Sequence record: MK817115.1
Direction: 5' to 3' (one strand)
DNA length: 64,000 bases
Part shown: positions 23,217 to 32,820 of the stretch, piece after piece
Layout of the letters: each line of letters opens with the position of its first letter
Position numbering within the stretch: position 1 is the stretch's first letter
Notes under the pieces: model-generated
Told to the model about the DNA's origin: nothing
Database searches by the model: none
Seen by the model: the letters and a program-made list of their open reading frames with translations, nothing else
Made by a program: the position numbers and the translations under genes

Positions 23217-25421
23217 TTAACTGTTTCTCTCACCTTGAGTGTTTTCAGAGATAGTTCTTAGATAGTTATTTGTCTGTTGCACGGCAGATAGAGATTGCTC
23301 ATTAACATCAGCAAGTTTTTTAAGTAACTCTTTCATGTCTTCTGATATTGTGGCATTATTATTAGCATTTGCCATACTACTACCACTATTTATCATCGCT
23401 TTCATGGCCTCATAATCGTCCGGTTCAGCTTGAATTGGTGGTTCATTTGGACCCCATGCTGATTTATCAAAAGTTTTTGGAGTTATGGTAACATATGGTG
23501 CAACATGTTCAGATTTTTCGATTCTCGCAGTTGCTCTTGGCTTATTTTCAAGACCACTACTAATAAGTTTTTCAGCAACTGATTCATCAAGGGGTTTTGG
23601 TTGTTTAAAGTTTCTACTTGAATTCCATTTTAAAAAACCATCAAATGAACTAGAAATATAATCACCAAATGAATTCATTTTTTCTTCAAAATAATTATTA
23701 ACTTTTTCTGCACCATCGGTAACAGAATTGTTTTCTACTTTTACTTTGTCGTCTGATCCACCAAACCAACCTTTAACAGAATCCCAAAGTTTACCAGGAA
23801 GATCCATTAGGTTATTCATAAAGCTATCAAATGCTTCTGAAACTTTATTATATCCACTACCAAAAATTTCAGTACCTAACCCTTCTAACCACTGCTCAAA
23901 CTCACCACCAATCCTATCCAAATACGCAACTGCATCTTTCGCAATAGGAACCAAACCAAAACCATCAAGTGCTAACTCTCCGATAAATTCCCATGCACCA
24001 TCAGTACGGTCTGCAATATCAGTAAGGTAATCCGCAATAGAATTTTGTGTATCTGCATACATTTTATTAAATGGTTCAGTAAATTCTTTACTAATCCATC
24101 TATTGAATCTATCAGTGAATTGTGTTAGTTTATCTGCTGGTTGACTCTTAGGATCATTAATCGCAGCTTCCATATCAAGTAGTTGTTGGTTGAAGGTTGC
24201 TGCCGTAGTGTTTCCTAATTGTATCTGATTTAATAAATCTTGCTTTATTAGTTCTTTGTTCTTTTTAACAAATTCCAATTGTTGACGGCGAATTTCTTGT
24301 GAATCAGTAACACCACTACGTACCAAGTTCTCACCTAAATCAGCAAATTGGTTCAGTACTGGAGTCAATAAATCATCTGGTACTCCACCAATAGTTAAAC
24401 GATGTGAAATTAAACGTAGAAAATCTGCACCAGCATCACCCATACTGGCAGCAGCTTCGTTAAATGCTTTTGATGTTGCAACTGCTGCTTTACTAGATAA
24501 TCCAGAATAGTTTTGTAATGCGATTTGCATTGAACGTGTGTCTAATGATTTATCTAAGTTTTGTGTTTTATTTAATAGTGCATCAACTGACTCACCCATA
24601 CTTTTACTGAACTTAGTCATACTCATGATAAACTGTTCAGTACTTTTTGCTTGATCCATACTACGTAACATTTCTCTTCCACCAAATTGCTTTTGGAATT
24701 TAATATTACGTGCAGTTAAATCAGTTAATGTTTTTTGAGAAACACCATATAAACCTAATTGATTTTGTGCTTGTTGCACAGTACCCAATAATTTACCAAA
24801 TGTAGAAACACCATCACCATATGCACCATCTAATTGTGCAACAACGGCACTATGAGTTTGTAATGCTTCACCAAATGCATCAATACTCATCATTGATGCA
24901 CCAGCACCTTTTAATATGGAGCCGTAACCTTCAGATAGAGCGACACCAGCACTGTTTATTCTATTATAAACTTCAAGCTGTGCATTTAACACATTATAAA
25001 CTGCTAAACCAGCGTCAGCGACCAATTTGAATGCAGATGCTGCTGCACCAACTGGACCTGGGATCATTGCTAATGAACCAGCAAATGAAGATGCACTCAT
25101 TCCTAGTGAGTTTACAACATTGCTAACGTTTGCAGACGTACTCATCATAGTTTTGCCGACATTCGATACTTCAGATGATAATGATTTGAATATTTTTCCA
25201 AATTCTTTACCATCATCAGCTTTGTTATTTGTTCGAGAGCCACGGTTTCCAGTACTTGATGAATTACTTCCATTACGTTTTCCACTTTTAGAACCGGATT
25301 TCTTTCTATCATTTTTTATATTTTCAGCCAATAACTCACGAATAGCACTCAAACTATCGTTGTTATCTTTAGTTTGATTAACCAACTGCTGGAGTAGGTA
25401 ATCACTTGTATTTCCAGCCAT
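23217..25421 (-). CDS. Probable tape-measure / gp29-like hub protein
   Basis: 734 aa, predicted helical, Ala/Gly/Ser-rich; divergent from the gp26/gp51-like pair; CATAAATA box at 25454-25461. Confidence 0.6.
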   Translation of the reverse strand: MAGNTSDYLLQQLVNQTKDNNDSLSAIRELLAENIKNDRKKSGSKSGKRNGSNSSSTGNRGSRTNNKADDGKEFGKIFKSLSSEVSNVGKTMMSTSANVSNVVNSLGMSASSFAGSLAMIPGPVGAAASAFKLVADAGLAVYNVLNAQLEVYNRINSAGVALSEGYGSILKGAGASMMSIDAFGEALQTHSAVVAQLDGAYGDGVSTFGKLLGTVQQAQNQLGLYGVSQKTLTDLTARNIKFQKQFGGREMLRSMDQAKSTEQFIMSMTKFSKSMGESVDALLNKTQNLDKSLDTRSMQIALQNYSGLSSKAAVATSKAFNEAAASMGDAGADFLRLISHRLTIGGVPDDLLTPVLNQFADLGENLVRSGVTDSQEIRRQQLEFVKKNKELIKQDLLNQIQLGNTTAATFNQQLLDMEAAINDPKSQPADKLTQFTDRFNRWISKEFTEPFNKMYADTQNSIADYLTDIADRTDGAWEFIGELALDGFGLVPIAKDAVAYLDRIGGEFEQWLEGLGTEIFGSGYNKVSEAFDSFMNNLMDLPGKLWDSVKGWFGGSDDKVKVENNSVTDGAEKVNNYFEEKMNSFGDYISSSFDGFLKWNSSRNFKQPKPLDESVAEKLISSGLENKPRATARIEKSEHVAPYVTITPKTFDKSAWGPNEPPIQAEPDDYEAMKAMINSGSSMANANNNATISEDMKELLKKLADVNEQSLSAVQQTNNYLRTISENTQGERNS

Positions 25422-25509
25422 AACATTCCCTTTTAATAGATGTATTATAGAAATATTTATGAAACTATAGAGAATATAAAAATTAGTTTAATTTAATCTT
25501 TTTTAGTCT

Positions 25510-25517
25510 TATAAATA
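25510..25517 (+). promoter_or_regulatory. Late promoter TATAAATA
   Basis: Exact consensus upstream of the gp26-like gene. Confidence 0.75.
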
Positions 25518-25551
25518 CTAAAACACATTTATTACATGGAGATTTAATAAA

Positions 25552-26388
25552 ATGGCTATGAATCCACTTGCTAAGTACACTAAAATTGAAGAGATCAGTA
25601 CTAAGTTAGTTACAAACGGCGTTATTCCTTATAAAGAAGGAGTTCTAGGTCCAAAAGGTGTCAAATGTGGAGTTTGTGCACGTAGTGCACGTGATGAAAT
25701 GACACTTAATACCCCCGATATGTTACTAAACGGAGATGCAGTATCCCGTGTTATTGAAAACTGTGTTCCTAATGTAATTGACGCTGATGAGTTGTATGTA
25801 AATGACGTTGAAATGCTTCTTATTGCTATTAAAGTTGCTTCTAAAGAAGAAACATATGATATTAACGTTGTATGTCCTGAATGTGAAAAAGAAGGTCGAT
25901 TTGAACGTAATCTATCATATCTTCTTGAAACTGCACAAGCATTTGAAGAAATCCCATCAATTGATTTAGATAATGGACTACGTTTAGAATTTAGACCACT
26001 GACATGGAAAGAATATTCATCGTTTGCTGAACGCATGTTCAGTGAGCAGCAGAAGACTAAGTTTCTTGAAACTGCTGATATTGATAAAGATGAAAAAGTA
26101 AAAATATTTTCTGAAGTATTTGAAAACATGGCTCAACTTAACTTCGATATGATTGGTGGAGTTATTGCAAAAATTATAACACCAGATGGTGATGAAGTAG
26201 TTGAAAAAGAATTTATTAATGAATGGCTTGGACAACAATCGAAGGGAGTACTTAAACTAATTCGTGAAAAAATGGATGAAGTACTTGAAATTGGTGTATC
26301 TCATAGTATGGAAGTAGAATGTGATGGATGTAATCATCAATGGGAAATTGATGGACTAAAATATGATCCTAGTCATTTTTTCGAGTAA
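25552..26388 (+). CDS. gp26: Baseplate hub assembly protein (gp26-like)
   Basis: MAMNPL..., ARDEMTLNTPDMLLNG, DVEMLLIAIKVAS, CPEC and CDGC zinc pairs. Confidence 0.8.
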   Translation: MAMNPLAKYTKIEEISTKLVTNGVIPYKEGVLGPKGVKCGVCARSARDEMTLNTPDMLLNGDAVSRVIENCVPNVIDADELYVNDVEMLLIAIKVASKEETYDINVVCPECEKEGRFERNLSYLLETAQAFEEIPSIDLDNGLRLEFRPLTWKEYSSFAERMFSEQQKTKFLETADIDKDEKVKIFSEVFENMAQLNFDMIGGVIAKIITPDGDEVVEKEFINEWLGQQSKGVLKLIREKMDEVLEIGVSHSMEVECDGCNHQWEIDGLKYDPSHFFE

Positions 26389-26597
26389 TGCTTCTCCAGT
26401 CATCTCCTGAAGAAATACAAGAAGTACTGAAGGAGATAGAACTGAATAAGTCAGAAATCAAAAATGCACTAATGGAATGTTCTGTATATATGGATAACAT
26501 TGACTATGGAACACTCCTTAATATGCCATTAATAGATAGAGACTTATTAGTTAAGTCTTTTAATAAAAAAATTAAAAAACAAAACGAGAAGCACTAA
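26388..26597 (+). CDS. gp51-like hub/tail assembly chaperone segment
   Basis: TAATG overlap with the gp26-like stop; DYGTLLNMPLIDRDLLV resembles the gp51-type SLSELENMxPWER motif. Confidence 0.6.
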   Translation: MLLQSSPEEIQEVLKEIELNKSEIKNALMECSVYMDNIDYGTLLNMPLIDRDLLVKSFNKKIKKQNEKH

Positions 26598-26608
26598 TTT
26601 TCATATAG

Positions 26609-26634
26609 CCAGCACATTGTTGCTGGTTTTTTTT
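26609..26634 (+). terminator. Intrinsic terminator
   Basis: CCAGCA-cattgt-TGCTGG followed by T8. Confidence 0.85.
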
Positions 26635-26853
26635 GGTTTTAAACTACAGAATTATTTGAATTGAATTATGAAAGGATTAATTTTAATATTATTGGATTCA
26701 TCTAACTCATTTCATTCGTTAGCTGAAGAATATTCGTTACTACGTAACTCATATTCATTTAATTAAATTAATTATAAAGAACTTTAAAAGATTTAATACT
26801 TGACGGGATTTGTTGAGGACATTTTCATCCCCCCGCAGGGGAATGAAGACAAT

Positions 26854-27307
26854 AAAAAAGAGACAATGAAGTCTCTATTTCTTGACGCTGATGGTTTCAG
26901 CATTTATTGTATTGCGAATTTCTTAAAAATATATTAAGAACGAAAGCGGGTTGCTCTGTTTCTCTCTATCGCAGTCATGTGCAACGGTCGTCAGTCTTAA
27001 TCATCCTGACACTCACCTGAAAGTCTATACAATCAAACTTCAGGCTGTTTATTAAAATCACTTAATAAACTCCCTTAGCAAATCTGGTAAGGTGCGATCC
27101 TTATATGTCTATCTAGGAACTCTCTGTATGCTTATCGGAGTTCTTTATTGAGCCGCATTGCCGTGAGGGGTTCAAACTATGCCCACATCTAACGGGTTTC
27201 TTTTGCTCATCGCACTGTTGAACTGCTCATCTGCCATCTACATTTTCGATAGGATCAGGTTCTAATTTATATGCATTTCTGCATTCAACAGGATTGTCAT
27301 TACTACA
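26854..27307 (-). ncRNA. Candidate ~450-nt structured non-coding RNA
   Basis: No ORF of 60 aa or more; own promoter (27314-27341) and terminator (AGAGAC-ttcatt-GTCTCT-T run, 26854-26876); many hairpins and a 7-bp long-range pairing. Confidence 0.6.
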
Positions 27308-27313
27308 ACAAAC

Positions 27314-27341
27314 ATTATAGCACAAACTTTAAAGTTGTCTC
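27314..27341 (-). promoter_or_regulatory. GAGACA-N16-TATAAT promoter reading into the non-coding region
   Basis: Minus strand GAGACA actttaaagtttgtgc TATAAT. Confidence 0.75.
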
Positions 27342-27395
27342 ACTATTTTTATAAAAATATTCATTAAGTACTTAAAATATTGCAAATAACTAATC

Positions 27396-27403
27396 TATAA
27401 ATA
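27396..27403 (+). promoter_or_regulatory. Late promoter TATAAATA
   Basis: Exact consensus upstream of the endonuclease VII-like gene. Confidence 0.7.
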
Positions 27404-27433
27404 TTTTGATAACAAATAGTTTGGTGAGGAATT

Positions 27434-27925
27434 ATGAAAAAAAGATTAAAAGATAGTAAGGATGCTGCAAACTATCGAAACGAATTGCTAAAGAAACAAA
27501 ATGGAATAGATCCTATAATTAAAGAACCAATAACTAAACCAGTACTGGATCACTACCACTATGGTAACCAACATTGTAGACAAGTTCTTCAAAATGAAGT
27601 CAATGCTTGGGAAGGAAAGGTACAAAACAGCTTCAATCGATATATGAAGCACTTAACTGATAAACCATTATATGAGGTACTCAGAAATCTTGCTGATTAC
27701 TTAGAGCGTAATAACAGCATTCCTGACGATGAACAAGTTATACATCACACTGCACTAACTGTGGATGTTAATAAGTTTAAAAGGCTTCCAGCAACACAGC
27801 AAAACGCGATTCTGGAAGGGTTAGGAGTTGTCCCTGGTAGTAACACTACTGCTCGTGTAAAGCAAGCTAGAAAGCTGATTAAGGACGGTAAATTAAATAT
27901 GGTTGATATAAAAAAAGGGAGCTAA
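27434..27925 (+). CDS. gp49: Endonuclease VII-like Holliday junction resolvase (gp49-like)
   Basis: KQNGIDPI...VLDHYH...RQVL...NAWEGKV follows the LDHDH...RGLL...N.xEGK pattern. Confidence 0.8.
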   Translation: MKKRLKDSKDAANYRNELLKKQNGIDPIIKEPITKPVLDHYHYGNQHCRQVLQNEVNAWEGKVQNSFNRYMKHLTDKPLYEVLRNLADYLERNNSIPDDEQVIHHTALTVDVNKFKRLPATQQNAILEGLGVVPGSNTTARVKQARKLIKDGKLNMVDIKKGS

Positions 27926-27935
27926 GGCTCCCTTT
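27911..27935. terminator. Bidirectional terminator
   Basis: AAAGGGAGC-taag-GCTCCCTTT at a convergent junction. Confidence 0.75.
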
Positions 27936-27943
27936 ATCTTTAA

Positions 27944-30091
27944 TTAGAAAACATCGTCAAGGGTTGCATATTCAACAGTACTGAAACCGTCCTCTTTAAC
28001 AACTTTGAGGATTTTTTCAGTCTTAGATAGTAACTCTTCTCTGTGGGAAATAGCATAAACGTTCTTACCACGTACAGCAGCCATATCTTGGAAGATAGAC
28101 CACACACGTAGAACACCACTTGAGTCAAGACCTTGGTCAATCATCTCATCAATGATAAGAATATTAATACTTTGGTATAATGACTCATATGTATCACGGA
28201 AAGCACAAGATAATGCGATGTTTACCCTTGTACGCTCACCTCTACTAAGCTGTTTATAGTCAAAGTACTGTCCACTCTTCTCAATTTCAACACTCAAATC
28301 ATTCAAAAACACAACATTATGCTCAGAACCGCACATATCGATATAGTACTGAAGTCGTGTATTCAAATATGAGATATTTTGCTCAATAATACGTTTACGG
28401 ACATAAGAATCCTTGTTTAAAAGTAATTTAACCAAGAAATCTTGGTGATTTGACATTTTATCAAGATTATTATAGTCGCTATAATCGATTGGTACTAAAG
28501 AATCAGTCTTCAGGGTATTAATTTGGCTAATAAATGTGTTAGTAGTCTTCAATTCACGATCTAATTGCTGTGATAATGAATTTACAGTCATTTCTAACTC
28601 TTTAACTTCATATTTGTTTAATGTATCTGGAACTTCCATTAGTTCATATGAGTTAAGTTCATCATATGATGACATAAGTTCATTTGCATAGATGTTTATT
28701 TGTTCTTCTTCACTCTTTCTGACCAATTCTTGAAGCTTATGTTCATGCATTTGTGCTTCTGAAAGTGTATTATAATATGTCACGGGCTTAGGTGGCATAT
28801 CAAAAATCTCAATACTATCAATTTCTTGAAGTAATGTTTCAATTTCAGAAGAAGAACTATCAATTTTAGCTTGAAGATCATTAATAGTACTTTGGATTTT
28901 GTCTTTAATTGAAGAAGTATGTTCGTTATGTTCTAATTCAGACATACAAAGTGGACATTTGCTGTTTTCAACTGTTGATAATTTGTCAATTTCAGCATTA
29001 ATTGAACATTCATATCCTTTTAAAGCTATTTTTAGTGAGTTTAGTTTTTGTTCTTTGAAACGTTTTTGGTTATTATTCTCTTTTAGAATACCCTCTAACT
29101 GTTTCCATATCTCCAACTCATTATGATTTTCCAATTCTGCACTAATATCAATAGTTTTTAGCTTATCAATGCTTAGATTTAATGCTCTTTTAGATCTTTC
29201 AAGTTCACGGTCATATGCATCAAATTTTAAAGCCAACTCTTGTACACGGCGTTCGATTTCCCCACGCTTTGCGTTATGAATAAGAGCTTTCTCTTTTATA
29301 TCAGCAGCTTCATAGAGGTCATTAAAGTCTAAAGTTTTATATATATTCAACTCTTCATTTAACTTAGATACTCTATTATTTTTATCAATTTCAAACTGGT
29401 TTGCCTGTTCTTGTAGTGTCTCAATACTTTTTTGAATACGTTCATTACTTGCAGCTACAGTTTCATTTTTGAACTTTTCTTGTTCGGCTAAACGTTTAGT
29501 ATCCTTATACATCTCCTTTAGCATTTCAGCTTTTTCCGTCAACTGTGTTATTCCAAGAAGTTCTTCTATCATATCACGTTGTTTTTGTGTGGATAAAGCT
29601 AAGAAAGGTTCAACGTTAGCATTCAGTACTACAATATGTTCAAATAATAATTGAGATATACCAAGAATTTCATTCAAATCTTCTTGTGTGTCTTTCTTTT
29701 CTCCCCTTGATTCATCTTCAATTTTATTATCTTTCCCTAAAGTAACAAAATTGAAATACGTGGGACTTCTCCCACGTTCAACCAGATATTGTACACCATC
29801 TTTTTCAAACTCTACAACTACTTCACAATTTTTGCCATTAGTTTTATTGACTAGGTTCGGAATTTTAATATCATTACCAATACTTTTACCAAATAATCCA
29901 AAAACTAATCCTTGAATAATAGCACTTTTCCCTACACCATTTCGACGTCCGGTACTGTCACCACCTTCAATAACTGCATCATTATTTTGACCCAGTACTA
30001 ATGAAATGTCAGAACCATTCAATTCAATTGATTGTGGTGCATTACCAAATGAAAAGAAGTTCCTCATAGATATACGTGTAATGTTTAGCAT
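27944..30091 (-). CDS. gp46: SbcC/Rad50-like recombination ATPase (gp46-like)
   Basis: NGVGKS Walker A, coiled coil with CPLC hook, LSRGE signature, IIDE Walker B. Confidence 0.95.
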   Translation of the reverse strand: MLNITRISMRNFFSFGNAPQSIELNGSDISLVLGQNNDAVIEGGDSTGRRNGVGKSAIIQGLVFGLFGKSIGNDIKIPNLVNKTNGKNCEVVVEFEKDGVQYLVERGRSPTYFNFVTLGKDNKIEDESRGEKKDTQEDLNEILGISQLLFEHIVVLNANVEPFLALSTQKQRDMIEELLGITQLTEKAEMLKEMYKDTKRLAEQEKFKNETVAASNERIQKSIETLQEQANQFEIDKNNRVSKLNEELNIYKTLDFNDLYEAADIKEKALIHNAKRGEIERRVQELALKFDAYDRELERSKRALNLSIDKLKTIDISAELENHNELEIWKQLEGILKENNNQKRFKEQKLNSLKIALKGYECSINAEIDKLSTVENSKCPLCMSELEHNEHTSSIKDKIQSTINDLQAKIDSSSSEIETLLQEIDSIEIFDMPPKPVTYYNTLSEAQMHEHKLQELVRKSEEEQINIYANELMSSYDELNSYELMEVPDTLNKYEVKELEMTVNSLSQQLDRELKTTNTFISQINTLKTDSLVPIDYSDYNNLDKMSNHQDFLVKLLLNKDSYVRKRIIEQNISYLNTRLQYYIDMCGSEHNVVFLNDLSVEIEKSGQYFDYKQLSRGERTRVNIALSCAFRDTYESLYQSINILIIDEMIDQGLDSSGVLRVWSIFQDMAAVRGKNVYAISHREELLSKTEKILKVVKEDGFSTVEYATLDDVF

Positions 30092-30099
30092 ATAGTCCC

Positions 30100-31131
30100 T
30101 TATAACGATCTGTAAATTTGGATTAGAAGATTTTTATCAAACATGGGTGAGTCAATTTCCATAATTTGCTGCAACACAATCTCATCAACTGATTCAGTAC
30201 TTTCAAAACTAACACCATCTTCAATTAATTCTGCGATACTTTGCTTGCTCGTTACAACATTAAACTCTCTAATGTTGTAAAGTTTAGTAAATGTATCACG
30301 AATAAAACTAATCTCATCTGTTGTTATTGATATATCAACTTGAACTTTTGATATTGTATTATCTTGAAGATAATAACCAGGATCAGTTAACAATTCTGAA
30401 AGTGTAAATGTTCTATATTTTGGTGCATGTTCCCATGATTTGAAAATAGGTTCTTTACCATGTTCAAGGATCATTACACCTCTTGCATCATCCCATGTAT
30501 CGGAAAAATTATGTGGAAAACAATTACCAGTATAAACTACACGAGTTCCTTTTGAAGTTGTTTTTGACTGCCTTTTATGAAAATGTCCACTAAAAACATA
30601 CTCACAACCACCAAAAGAACCTTCTGTTTCTTTTCCATGATCAGGCATTTCTACCATCTTGTTAAGCAAGTAACCTGGTAACTCTAAGTGACCAAAAACA
30701 TACTTACTTTTTAGTTGAGGTAACAACTTATATTCATCTTCAATCATAAATGGAATGAAAGTACAATCATCAAATGTTGTAATTTCATTAATGAATTCTA
30801 TATTTTCATAAACTTGAGCCATATTGATACTTGTTATATCACGTTTGTTTTTATGATACATATCATGGTTGCCTACTAAAAAATATACTTTTTCAAAATT
30901 ATCATTTAATAATTGAAGAATTTGTAAACCATAGTTTAGTGTTTGGATATTGATATTACTTCTATTATGAAAATAATCTCCCATAAAAACACAAACTTTG
31001 ATATTATTTTTTTTAGCTACCTCAATCATGAATTTAATGAAGTTTAAACAATCTTCATTGTGTTGCTTGCTGTTATTCTTTAAACCTAAATGAATATCAG
31101 TGAATGTAATTGCTTTATCAAACAGAGCCAT
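30100..31131 (-). CDS. gp47: SbcD/Mre11-like nuclease (gp47-like)
   Basis: FTDIHLG, MGDYFH, VGNHD, FGHLE, FSGHFH phosphoesterase motifs. Confidence 0.95.
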   Translation of the reverse strand: MALFDKAITFTDIHLGLKNNSKQHNEDCLNFIKFMIEVAKKNNIKVCVFMGDYFHNRSNINIQTLNYGLQILQLLNDNFEKVYFLVGNHDMYHKNKRDITSINMAQVYENIEFINEITTFDDCTFIPFMIEDEYKLLPQLKSKYVFGHLELPGYLLNKMVEMPDHGKETEGSFGGCEYVFSGHFHKRQSKTTSKGTRVVYTGNCFPHNFSDTWDDARGVMILEHGKEPIFKSWEHAPKYRTFTLSELLTDPGYYLQDNTISKVQVDISITTDEISFIRDTFTKLYNIREFNVVTSKQSIAELIEDGVSFESTESVDEIVLQQIMEIDSPMFDKNLLIQIYRSL

Positions 31132-31957
31132 CTTCATTTTTCCTTTCAATCATGTTCAATTCAATTTCAATTTGACGTGTATGTGATGGCGTAAAGCCAT
31201 GCATTTCAAGTAAATCATCACGTATATTTCGAACATTTTTCTCACTATTCAATATAGAACGAAAACTATTGTTTACGAATGATGTATAGTAAGAGAAAGG
31301 ATTTAGCTGAACTGCTGGTTTATCTTTTTTATAAAGAATGCTCTCTTTAAAGAGAAGTGCGTTTTTAACTAATTGTATTCTTGCATCACCCATCATTTCA
31401 TCTAAGTATGTATAGTTTCTGTAATTAGATTTGTGTGAGATTTCCTCTGCAAGTTTAATGAACATCTTCCCAAGTTCATTTGTAATTTTACCATGAACAG
31501 TACTGAATTCACCAGTTTCAAGGTCGCCTTTCCAGTGAGAACGACAAACTTCATAGAGAATACCTTCATTATCTACAATATAATGCTTGAATGGTTCAAA
31601 GTTAACTCTAGTATCTGGTGGAATATGTTCATCTGTAATAACACGAATAACAACTTCATCAATTGGAACGTCAGTGATAACTAAATTGTGTTCATCTGCA
31701 TATTCTTTAGCTTTTTTAGCACTCATATTTTCCTTTTCACGAATACTATCAAGCATTTCATTGTTCAGTCGTTTAATTCGTGCTGCCTTAGCTTTTTCTA
31801 GTAACTCAGCAGTAATTTCTGACTCATGAAAAACAATATAATCATACATACTATATGATTTGTCTAATAACCAGCAATATGAAATTTTACTTTTTTGTAT
31901 TTCACGAAGTAAATCAGCATTATTGAGATACTTTTTACGCTTTGGTCTATTTGTCAT
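31118..31957 (-). CDS. gp55: Late-transcription sigma factor (gp55-like)
   Basis: YLNNADLLREI, LGKMFIKLAEEIS..SNYRNYTYLDEM, NPFSYYT; many TAAATA boxes before structural genes. Confidence 0.85.
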   Translation of the reverse strand: MTNRPKRKKYLNNADLLREIQKSKISYCWLLDKSYSMYDYIVFHESEITAELLEKAKAARIKRLNNEMLDSIREKENMSAKKAKEYADEHNLVITDVPIDEVVIRVITDEHIPPDTRVNFEPFKHYIVDNEGILYEVCRSHWKGDLETGEFSTVHGKITNELGKMFIKLAEEISHKSNYRNYTYLDEMMGDARIQLVKNALLFKESILYKKDKPAVQLNPFSYYTSFVNNSFRSILNSEKNVRNIRDDLLEMHGFTPSHTRQIEIELNMIERKNEDGSV

Positions 31958-32014
31958 TGTATTTTACTCTCCATGTTTAAATCCAATAGGTACAATCCTT
32001 GTACCATCAATGTT

Positions 32015-32042
32015 ATTATAGCACCAAAAAGCAGTTTGTCCC
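32015..32042 (-). promoter_or_regulatory. GGGACA-N16-TATAAT promoter for gp55-47-46
   Basis: Minus strand GGGACA aactgctttttggtgc TATAAT. Confidence 0.75.
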
Positions 32043-32045
32043 ACG

Positions 32046-32053
32046 TATAAATA
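32046..32053 (+). promoter_or_regulatory. Late promoter TATAAATA for the baseplate operon
   Basis: Exact consensus, 3 bp from the divergent gp55 promoter. Confidence 0.75.
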
Positions 32054-32088
32054 CATCAAATGTTCCCTTATTATGGAGAATCAAAAAG

Positions 32089-32820
32089 ATGATTGATCGT
32101 AGAATTCGATTACGACCTAAAGCCGCAGGTGCTAACTATGTATATGGTGATTTTGGAGATAGCTCCGAACCAACTCTACTTTCGTTTCTGCGTCCAACTA
32201 ATGGGTTGGTTTGGACTGTAACACCAACAATTACTGAACAAAGGTCAATTCAGTATGAAACACAGTCCCCTATACATACTAACAGTAACTATAACAACTA
32301 TAAGAACACTACTAATACAGTTTTCACGATTCAGGGTGAATTTTATGCGAATACAGCAGCAGAAGCTATGTATGCGTTGGCATGTGTTCATTTTATACGT
32401 TCTGTTTCGTTGATGGATTTTGGTAGACAAGCTGCTTCGGCTAATAACCCCGAACTCGCAATTGCAGGTGCACCACCACCAATCTTACTTCTAAGTGGAT
32501 ATGGTCGTTATACATATAATGATATTCCTGTTATTTTAAAATCTTATAATTTTACTTACCCAAATGATGTTTCTTATATTCAAGTTCCGTTGAATAGTAG
32601 CGATAGTACTTTTAATTTATCCGACATGGATAGTAGAAAATTCTTCGAACAACTTAGAAGTACTGGATATATGAACCCACAAGATGAAGTTTGGGTTCCA
32701 CAAAAAATCTCAGTTATGTTACAACTTGAAGAACAACCAACATCGGATTATATGACTAAAACGTTCAACCTCAATGCATTCAAACGTGGTGAACTATTAC
32801 GTAAAGGAGGATTCATTTAA
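32089..32820 (+). CDS. Baseplate tail-tube initiator (gp48/gp54-like)
   Basis: APPPILLLSGYG...DIPVILKSYNFTYP resembles tube-initiator proteins; position before the LysM-like and hub genes. Start at 32089 behind GGAG. Confidence 0.65.
   Translation: MIDRRIRLRPKAAGANYVYGDFGDSSEPTLLSFLRPTNGLVWTVTPTITEQRSIQYETQSPIHTNSNYNNYKNTTNTVFTIQGEFYANTAAEAMYALACVHFIRSVSLMDFGRQAASANNPELAIAGAPPPILLLSGYGRYTYNDIPVILKSYNFTYPNDVSYIQVPLNSSDSTFNLSDMDSRKFFEQLRSTGYMNPQDEVWVPQKISVMLQLEEQPTSDYMTKTFNLNAFKRGELLRKGGFI

Noticed and set aside
27092-27173. Group II intron-like words on the plus strand (GTGCG at 27092; GAGCCG...GGTTC at 27150-27173)
   Set aside because: The domain V-like stem is only 24 nt (about 34 expected), lies opposite to the promoter direction, interrupts no gene, and no reverse transcriptase is present.
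31999-32088. Longer ORF-track starts (e.g. 31999, 5416, 8015, 42621, 60702)
   Set aside because: The extensions run through promoter boxes or neighbouring genes and lack an RBS; downstream ATGs have clear Shine-Dalgarno sequences.
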